This document shows, one piece after another, positions 49,830 through 61,057 of a DNA stretch of 64,000 nt (position 1 is the first letter of the stretch; each line of letters opens with the position of its first letter). A model generated the notes under the pieces. The model saw nothing but the letters and a program-made list of their open reading frames with translations. It was not told the origin of the DNA and did not search any database. This DNA is from Octopus bimaculoides (Eukaryota). The stretch is taken from assembly GCF_001194135.2 (NCBI RefSeq), contig NC_068996.1, positions 52,125,445 through 52,189,444 on the forward strand, read 5' to 3'. A program made the translations under genes and the position numbers.

Positions 49830-52800
49830 TCCCTTGATTCTGTATTATCTCATCAATGATGACCTAATGTTCTTAGAGAATCTAACAGTTTAATTCCAAT
49901 AATTTTGCCATTTTCCTTAACTATGGCCACTTTATACTGCTGCCATCACACAAAATTTATTTTTCATTTGGTGTGTAACATCTGTTGGTAATTACTTGTT
50001 TAAACATTCAGAGTGAAGATTATTCAACCAAATGCAATGCTTAATTATGCACATTGTTTTTAATTAATCAAGTATTATCTTGTAGGTTTGAGATTTCAGT
50101 GTTGTGATTGTTCATTTTTAGAACAACATTGTAAGGTTGGTGTGAGAGGCTGGATCTGGCTGATGTGAACATAAAACAGTTAGAATATTTGGGCCAGATC
50201 TGAGACCCCCTTCAGTCATGACTGACCAAGTCCGGGCAAGGTTGTTTATGGAAGACCAGCAGTCGCCAATGCATACCAGCCTCCCCTCTCCATGCCACCG
50301 ATGTTATCCAAGGGAAAGGCAAAGGCCGATACAGCTTGGCACCAGTGACATCGCAACTCATTTCTACAGCTGAGTGAACTGGAGCAACGTGAAATAAATT
50401 GTCTTGTTCAAGAACACAACACGCAACCCAGTCCGGGATTCGAGCTCACAACTTCGCGATCGTAAGCTCAACACTCTAACCACTGAGCCATGCGCCTTCG
50501 CTATGGGCCAGGTATGGCCAGTTTAAATGCCAAAGGGTTAAACAAATGTAGTAATTGTTCTTTGATAGTCAATCACTTTTGCAATTAACTTCTAATCAAG
50601 TTATATTATAATTAAACTTACAAATTTAATGTGTTGTATTAATTTCATTCCTCTCTCATTACTGTAGAGCTTTCAGATTCACTTCCTAAATTTCTCTGCC
50701 ATACAAAATTACATTCTTACACACATATCATACAGTTTCAGTTGTTGTTGTTTGTTCCTTCATGAGCCATGCCTGGTTCATAAGGGCTGGTTTCCTGGTT
50801 TCATTGGCATATAGGTTCCCCACCTGGACGGGATGCTGGTCCATCACAGGTGAGCTGCTAGATGCAGGAGGAAAGAGTGAGAGAAAGTTGTGGCGAAAGA
50901 GTCAGCAGAAGTTCGCCATTACCTTCTCCCAGAGCCATGCGGAGCTTTAGGTATTTCACTCATAAACACACACATCACCCGGTCTGAGATTTGAGCCCAT
51001 GATCCCTCGACTGCAAGTCTGCTGCTCTAACCACTAGGCTATGTGCCTCCACATACAGTCTGAGTGGGGACATTAAACTCCCTTGTTCAAAATTATAATG
51101 ACACAGATAGTGTGTCGTATAGCCAGCTGGAGACAATGGTTCCTGGGGCTAAATAACAGTAACAATCGTCCTAACCAGGACTGCCACCTTATGTTGGCAA
51201 ATAATTTTTACTCTAGAGTCTGTCTTTTATAAAATAGAGTGAAATGGTTTGTTTCCATTGCTTCCTTATAAAATATCATTTTTTTAACACTTCTTCAAAA
51301 GATTTTAGTTCTTTAAAACACAACCTAACAAGTTTTACTTTATTGATATTATTTTATAATTATCTCGAAATCATTTTAATTACAACAGGTTGTACTATCA
51401 GCAGTGTTGATGTTGAGCAGCAAATGAAGTTTGTCAAAGAAAATAGTTTTTCTAAAAACAGCTTAATTGGAGAATTAGAGCCACCGAAATCAAGATCTGA
51501 ACATGATCAGACAACTTTTAAAGTACACAAAGGAGTGAAATGTTTTGATTTCAACAAGAAAAAGAACATACTTGTAACTGGAGGTATGACTTACGAAATA
51601 GTATATCTATGTGTGTGTGTGTGTAATCTGTTTGAATAAATTTCATGATTAACTAATTGATTTATAATTGTGATAGTGGTAACCCAAATATAAACTTAGC
51701 TGTCCAAAGATGTAATGCAGCAGAATAAGAACTATTCATGTTCTTGTTGTTATTTATCCCAGATTAGCATTGATCCAACAAATCTATGATCATCAACATA
51801 CCATCTATGTCCATTGTTTTTTGTGGGTTTTTTTTTATTATTCGAACAGTATATTTAAGACTACATTATACAATGTGCCCTACATGTTTTTTTAAGATAC
51901 TGAGCGTGTGATTTGAGAGAGATCTGACTGCTATTTCTACCAGTTTGAACAACCTGCAATCATATACATTGAGTTTGTGTTTGTGTTTATGCAACAGCAA
52001 TAGTAGTGGTTCATATGAAGGTCGTTCACTTCATACTTGTCCTTTCTTACTGTAAGTCAATAGGTCTGGTGTCCCAGCTGTATTTCCCATTTGCCTTTAT
52101 TTACATGGGAAATATTTGACTTATTCACCATATATATATATAGCAGTGCTTCTTTACCTGATTAGTAAAGCCATTGATGGCATTGTTAGTATGATAAAGC
52201 CCTCGGCTGTTGTGAGCTCAGTTTGAAACAGCAAATATCAAGGGAACATTATGGGAGTACAGTAATCCCTCAACTAATGCAGGTGTTATGTTCCACCCAC
52301 CCACCCCCGTAATAGGTGACAATCCATGAAGCAGAAACAGTATTGTACTGTATATTTAAAAAAATTATTTTTATAATTTGTATATATTTATTTTATTATA
52401 AATGCAAAAACAACACCACAGAGGAATCAACGTAAGTTTAAATAATAAACCATGATGGGGGAACAGCTATGTGGTGAGGGTATTTGGAATGGTTATGATT
52501 CTTAGAAATACAATATTCAAACTAGGTACACTACTTTATATATTAAATACCTTTTCAAAAAGAATCTTTGTCTGGATTAAAATGTGAGTAAGACATTGTG
52601 CTATTTGTGAACAGAAAATATGGCTGATGAAGTGCGAAAGTTCAATACAGTTTCATTATGTAAACTCTTGCATTCTTTAGTAATATCCATTAAAATTTAA
52701 CAGAGGGGCACTAGACTCTGCAAATATTTAAAAAGAGATTCATGCTTGATGGGTTAGTAAAAGAAAATGTGGAAGAGTGATATCAGGACCAGAAGTGAAG

Positions 52801-55800
52801 AGAAGTGATGTCACATTAAGAAGCAGAACATTTGAACAACCCCTTTTCTTTGTCAGGATATTGAGTGGAACAGATATGTGGAGGGGATCTCAGAGGCAGA
52901 GTAGTTTTTGGCCAGAGGTTGGGGTAGCATGTACATGAAGGTACACATGTAGCATACACATGTAGGTACAACCAATTTATGAAGTGGATAATAAACCACT
53001 ACACATATTATCCTCTGTTGGATCAAAAAGAAATTTGCTTTTATTTTTCTCAAAAACACAAGGAGAGGACATTTGTGGAATGCCACTCAATAGAAAGGAG
53101 AGCTAAGGTGAAAAGTTGGAGAACCATTGATCTATAGTTTATTTTTGCTTGAAATTTGTAAAATATGCGCTTTAATGTAGTTAACAACATTAAAACTATT
53201 ATCGTTATTAAAATGCATTAACTCCTCATACTAAACTGGTTTGTTCTACACTACACTTGTTAGCTCAATACCAGTTCAAACCAGCTTAAACCAGCTTTGC
53301 TTAGTTGGCAACTCTACAATTTTAGAATTGTCAGAAACAACTGACCTATCTTAGCCATGTTATGATGAGCACTGAGTGCAAAAGTGCTGTTTACAAACAG
53401 GGGTAGAAGAAAAACCAAGGAAATGGGAGAACAAATTTTAGGATGTTGTGCTGCATCAATGAAATAATACAATTCTGAGAAGAATGGTGATTTACTGTGC
53501 TGCATAGAACCCAACCCTTGAAGGTTACAAAAAGTAGATACAAAATGAAGATAGTGATATTGACAATAATGATGGCTGAGTAAACAGAAAATGTTTGCAG
53601 TAACCAGGAAAAGCCCAGTTCAATTTAAATTAACATGTTTGTTGTAATTTAATGAAAATGGTAACACTTAAATAATTGTCTTTCAACATTTAATCTTTTT
53701 GTTCTATATTCTTCTTTGAATTCAAGATAATTTAATGAACAGCAGATGCTGTTTAGTCTCATGTCAGACCTGGTATCACTGGTGTTCCAGCCAAGAGCAA
53801 CCAAGTCTATTAGTTATTGTATATTTAGGACAGTATTATTCAATGTCGTCTTTCCGTTTTTAATACTGTAAGATATGATTTGAGGGAGATCTGACTGCTG
53901 TTTCTTACAGGTTGAGTGTCCACATAGAAACCTGCTCATTCAAATGAATACCGATCATGTACTTTAGTTAACTCAATCAGATATACTCCTCTCCTACAAA
54001 TGTACTTTATGCTCATTTCCTTCAAATGTACTTATAAAACAATAAACAAATGCTAGCATTTCAACATGATTTATTAAAATATTATTCTGGTTCTTCATGT
54101 ACTTTCCATTATTACATTTTAGGCATGGATCGTCTAATCCGAATTTGGAACCCTTATGTACCTGGGTATGTAGATATGTATTTCATAACAGGTAACTTAT
54201 TACCAATCGCTAGTCTAAAAATTAACCAAAAATTAAACTAGCATGAATGACATACAAGAGAATCGATAGCAAAGAAAAAAAAGAAAAGTTAATGGTTTAG
54301 AGGCATGGCTGTGCTGCTGTTGTTATTGTTGTTATTTCACTCCAGATCAAGCAGATCTAACGTGTAAGTGGTTGGTCATAGAACAAGGTACAATCAACAG
54401 ATCAACAGTCTGAATATTTCATACCTCCATTTGATTGAGGATCGCATCTCACTTTTGAATATTACAAATATACAAACATCCTCACACACAGGTAACACAT
54501 CTTGTCATCACTTTCTAAATATAATTGCAGAATAATTTTTCCAACCGTCATCAATCACTTACAAAACCTGACTTCAAAATCCATAGGAAATAACAGCTAA
54601 ATCTCTTCTAAACTTCTCCCTACCATCTAAGAATTAATGAATTTACTGGATAATTCGATATTGTTAATAGCAGTTGTATAATGGATAGTCTCTTGTAGTC
54701 TGACAAAGACAGTTCTGCAATGTCTTGCTGGACAACATAAATGATCTGTTTATAATGATCAAATATATGTGCTGTACATTAGTTCACTCCCTCTCCCATC
54801 AAACCAACATTGTCTGAACAGGTGTATGATGTATCACCTGTCAGGTGTGAAAGTGATTGCAGATCAACATGAAATGAAGTGCTTTACTCAAGAACACACT
54901 AACAGTTGTCTGGAGAAATCAATAATAGGTCAACAGTTGACCTCTGCAACTCCTAAAAACAACTAATAAATGTTGTATTGACGTTATCTTGAATTTATCT
55001 TCAGAAAACCAACTGATATACTTCATGGACATTCCGCTCCGATTTTCTATGTATACTACAGTGAGGAAGACAATTGGATATTCAGTGTATCGTCTGATAA
55101 ATGTATTAAGGTAAGGAAATTGTATCTTCTTCTTTATTTCTCTTATACTTTTTAAAGCATTATTTCTTCAGCTAACCTTCTTTATGGAACTCATTCAGTA
55201 TTATTAAACCATAGTTCAGATGAACCAACATCATCTTATCCAAATCTACCAAAACCACTTTGGGGCATTGGCATCTAAATTATAATCTTATTTAGATATT
55301 ACATTTTAAAAAGTAGGAAGGAGAAATATCTTGTTATGGAAGAGGAGATCAACAAGTTGGTAATAAATGTTGGTAATCACCTTACAAATTAAATAATTCT
55401 GTCAGTGTGTGTGACATATATCACTTTTATTATATTTTTTGATGAAGAAAAGTTTATATATGACTACTGGAATGATAAGCTTGATTAATTAGTGTATAGG
55501 TAAATATAAATAAATCTAGTGACTGAAAGCATAAAGTGATGTTAGTCATAATTACAGATAAAATAGGCTGTAAAATAAAACCTTTCCCGGACGAAATTGT
55601 ACAATTTGTTCCGGTTCAGTTCCACTACTCAGCACCTTTAGTATGTATCTTCTGCTATAGCCAGCCCCATGCCAACCAAAGCTGTAGGAGTGGATTTAGT
55701 AGACAGAAAATGATAATGTCTGTGTGTATTTGTTTACATTAGCACTCATTGATGTTGTTTGGCATTTCTCCTGTCACTAGCTTTATCCACTCACTTTGTG

Positions 55801-58045
55801 CCTCCAAGCAGGGTGACAAGAAGGGCATCTGGTCATAAAACAATGCCTCAGTAATATATTCATCTAACCCATGCTATCATGGAAAAACAGATGTAAAGTG
55901 AGTAAATGAACAAAATATCTTCACAATATCACCCTCAAATATTTTAAGCCATTTACGGTTCTTGGTTACTAGTTTTTATTGTGTACTTCATATATATGTG
56001 CTATGTTTTGGGGGGTTTTTTACATTGGATTTTTAAAAGTTGTTTTCAATACAGACTTTGTGTACTTTACATCTATTTTGTTAGTTGTTGGTTTGTTAAA
56101 ATACTAATTTGAAATGCTTCAGAATATATTCATATCTCTGGCTGACCTCCAGAATTTTTCCTCTTACATAAGTATAGAGTAAATAGTAAATTGTGGTTCA
56201 TTAGAAATATTGAAGTTTCAATCTTCACTAAAGGTAAATTGTATGTGTGAAGGCTGTAAATTGGCAGTGAGTTTTACATAATGTCTCTATTAAGCTAAGC
56301 TGTTAATTCTATTTACATCTTATAGCAAGTCTGGCAATAATCAATTATTTGGGGTCAAACACACGACATGACTAGCTTTACTATGTTACAAGAAAACAAA
56401 GCTTTTAGTGGTGTTCAACAGTTAGGGAGACATTAAACGATTATAAACAGTTATTTTCAATTGAAAGTTTTGTTGACAATATACACCAGTCTTGAATGTA
56501 TAACTAAAAAGATTTGTAATAAAAAACAAAATTGTTATGTCAACCATTTAGTAGTGTATTCCTCTGCCAGATTTCCTTAAATCTTCATAGATATGTATTT
56601 TCTATTCACTAAGTCTTAGTTTTACAATTCCTTTGTTTCATTTATGCTCTTCTTAATTTTTTTAACTTTCAATTTTTTTTTTAGGTGTGGAATGCTACGG
56701 ATTATAGTTGTATTAATACTGTTCGACCAAAGTCACACCTTATCCATGGAGACCTAAGCACTGTCTACTACTCTAATATTTCAAAGACTTTAGCATTCAC
56801 AACGAATGTTCTTGCTACTTTAAGCATGAAGATCAAATCAAAGTATATTTGTTATTTCCAAATTTATATTTTAATGTATATCACGTATACACATATAGAT
56901 ACACAAACTCATTCACTGTCACACATGCACACATGCATATAGAAGAATATGTTGTTGGCACTCCATCGCTTACGACGTCGAGGGTTCCAGTTGATCCAAT
57001 CAACGGAACCGCCTGCTCGTGAAATTAACGTGCAAGTGGCTGAGCACTCCACAGACATGTGTTCCCTTAACGTAGTTCTCGGGGATATTCAGCGTGACAC
57101 ACAGTGTGACAAGGCTGGCCCTTTGAATTACAGGCACAACAGAAACAGGAAGAAAGAGTGAGAGAAAGTTGTGGTGGAAGAGTACAGCAGGGTTCACCAC
57201 CATCCCCTGCTGGAGCCTCGTGGAGCTTTAGGTGTTTTCGCTCAATAAACACTCACAACACCCAGTCTGGGAATTGAAACCGCGAGTCCGCTGCCCTAAC
57301 CTCTGGGCCATTGCGCCTCCACTATAAAAGAATATACACATATGCTTATCAACAAACTAGTACATGTTTTTATAAAAAAATGCTGTTTGTTGAAACAACT
57401 CATAGTTGTTATATTTTAGCCACCAATCATCTCTGATCAAATTTACCCATGATCTTATCAGCCTGTCTTTCATCCAGCCACAGTGTGTTCAGACTACATT
57501 ACCAAAAGTGTTCCTCTTTAAAAAGAATGCAAGATGTGATTTTTAAGATGATATGGTGGACTGATTTTTATCAGGTAGATCAACGAACCATATAGCGGCT
57601 ACCTCATTGCTTCATCAACTCCTAGTATCCTTTTGATGTAACATCCATACAAATTCTCTGTGAAAGGAAATACAGAGGTTGTTTCCTTTCAGTTATCTAC
57701 GCAGGACAAATCTTACAAATATTTGCAGGTGTTTGGTCCTTTCCCTGGCAACTAAGTTTAATACCATTACCTGGCACTTGAGTGCCTATAGCTGAATGCC
57801 CATAACAGAATCCACTTAATTGCAAGTTTTCAGGCCAGGTCTCTAGTCTGAAGAGAACTTCTTCCCATGAACTTTAGATCCTTAAAAAGGGTTGTGGGTG
57901 TTGCACTTCTCCCTCTGACAAACTTTCTTATAAGTATTTTAAGACATGCAATGTTCAGTGTCATTCTCAGAGTCATAATGATAAGCTTGTAAAAGAATGT
58001 GAACACATTATATATAAGTGAATAGTCTAGCACTATACACTCAAC

Positions 58046-58100
<55 letters not shown>

Positions 58101-61024
58101 ATACACACATATGCCACAAACACACATTACACATATGATAATATATGTTGAGTTAAAAACAGTTGTTTATATTGTATTCATTATTTCAAACTTGTGAAAT
58201 GTAGACCTGTAAAATACAATTGTATTTATTTAATTTTGTGGTCACAGTTAAACTGCATCTGTTGGTTGTTTAACTGATTTAAATTATTCATATGTTGTAC
58301 AGGTCAGAGGTAAGCTGTGTTGCAGCTGTTTTCTTGTGTTAACTAAACATAAAAACCTCTGGCCTGCAGACATGCTGTCTTCGCTTTCTGCTTTTTCTAC
58401 TGCTACTACAATGGTCTATGTTACTCAAGGATGGCTGCTCTTATGCCACCTCAACTCAGACCCTACACTTTTGACTCATTCATCTCTCTTTTTGTCCTCT
58501 ATATTGTCTCCATCACATCCAACCCTGCACTAATCTCTGTGTTCAATTCTTCCAGAAAGTCAGCTCTCTAGAATTCATTTTCTGTATATACGTCTCCTTC
58601 ATTGGATGCTAAACTTGGCTTGCGAAGACTTGTTGGGGCATTGAAAGCGAAATCATGATGGCACCTGTACCAGTGGAGCACTAAGAGCACCGTTCGAGTG
58701 TGATTGTTGCCAGAGCAGCTGTCTGGCTTCCGTGCCAGCGGCATGTAAATAGCACCATTTGAGCATGTGCCGGTGGCATGTGAAAAGACATTTGAGCGAG
58801 ATCGTTGCCAGTGTCGCTGGACTGGCTCCTGTGCAGGTGGCACGTAAAATACACCATTTTGAGCGTGGCCGTAGCCAGTACCACTTGACTGGCCTTCGTG
58901 CTGGTGGCACATAAAAACACCCACTACACTCTCGGAGTGGTTGGCATTAGGAAGGGCATCCAGCTGTAGAAACTCTGCCAAATCAGATTGGAGCCTGGTG
59001 CAGCCATCTGGTTCAGCAGTCCTCTGTCAAATCGTCCAACCCATGCTAGCATGGAAAGCGGACATTAAACGATGATGATGATGATGATGATTTCATAAAA
59101 GTGTAATCCCTGTGTGCAATGTGTACATGCATGTTAAAGCTCATTGAGTTTCCATTAAATGAATTTCCGCTAATCTCTCTTTCAGGCCGTGCCTTGTGTC
59201 ACTCTTTGATATCGCTACATCTCATTCAGATCCTGTAACCAGTGTCAAGTACAATAAAATTTTCAAACATATTGTTACTTCTTCAGAAGGATCTGTAAGT
59301 AAATGTTTTACATACAAAAAAAAAATTTTATTTTCCCCTGCTCTTTCATGTCCTTTGGTTTTCATCTCTTTTCCATTTTTCCCACATCAACTTTATTAAT
59401 TTTTATAAGAAACTGTTGAGAAATTTAAATATCCACCAGTCAAAATATTCTGGAATAAATCTGTGTCAATGCTAAATAGTGTGTTATGAAATATATTAAA
59501 TATGGAAATGTGTTTGGTGTTATAATATGTTTGTATGATGTAATGTGATGTAATGCACTTTTATCCATGGCAGGAAATACCCATTTTCCATGCCAGCATG
59601 GGTTAGCCAGTTCGACGAGCTATTGAGCCAGAGGACTGCACCAAACTTTACTGTCTGTTTTGGCATGGTTACTATTGCTGAATGCTGCTCCTAACACCAA
59701 CCACTTTGCAGAGAACATGAGGTGCTTTTAATGCAGCACAAGCAGCAGTGAGGTCCCCAAATAACTTGCAAGACAAGACCCCTAAACTGAGATGGAAGTG
59801 GTGTTGAGGAAGGTGGCTTTGTGCCAGGTGGTGACAGGTTAGAGTATGAATAGAAGGACAGAGACAGGTGTCTTGCTGTGGTTAACCAAGTTGGAAATGG
59901 AGGGAGTGAGAGATGTGTAATAGGACAGGATTTTTGGTGATAACTATTTCAGTAACAAATACAATTTCAATGTATTTTAAATCACTTGTATCTATATAGT
60001 TATAATTTTAATATTTCTTGATTACAGGAGGTAAAAGTTTGGGATGTTGTAACTGGCAGTTTTATCTCTCAGTTTGGTCATGCGCATGGAGAAAAAGCTG
60101 TCACTTGCATGAATTTTGATGAAAGTTTAAGAAGGTGAGAATCTGTTTACAAACTCTTGCTTACATCTGTAAACATTTACAAATTGCATTAATCCAACTG
60201 CAGGCAGTGAGTTTCCAGTTTATATCAATAAACTAAGTTTATTTACATCCTATATGTATCCTTGTACTGTACCGATCTTTTTCACACACTCTACCAGTAT
60301 CTTTTATGTCACAAACACTGTATCTATGTAATCAGTTTTTACAGACTAAATACGAAGTAGACATTCATAAATCATCTAAAGACTGTGATTGTTTACTTGG
60401 CCTCTGTTCATTGTATCTGTTGCAAGTTTCAAGGGACTGAATAATTTAAAATTTACCGACATGACTGTGTGATGCAGAAGTTCACTTCAGAATCATGTGG
60501 TAAGGAGCTCTGTCCCACTCTGTGGACTTTGTCAGCTTGTGTCCTCTACTATAACAGAGGGTGAACCACTATGTTGTGAGTGAAATTGATAGATGGAAGT
60601 GGAAGCCGTTAGCATTGGGACAGGCATGCAGTCATAGAAACCATGCCAAAAAAGCACTGGAGCTTGAATGCAGTCTTCTGGGTCATTGAATCCTGACAAC
60701 ATGGAAGACAGACATTAGACGACAACGATGACTTTTTTCTTTTCTTTTCCATGCTTGCATGGGTCAGACAGAGTATATTGAGGCAGATTTTCTACAGCCA
60801 GATGCCCTTCCTATTGCTAACGTTCACCTGTTTCCAAGCAAGTTAATACTTCTCTATGATCAGACGTGACTTCACAGAATATTGGAAATGAATGACATTC
60901 ATTTACAACAACCATGTGATAGTGATGAGGAGTCACAAGCATGCATGTGCTCATGCACAAACACACACACACACACACACACACATCACAGGCTTCTTTC
61001 AGTTTCCATTCACCAAATCCATTC

Positions 61025-61057
<33 letters not shown>

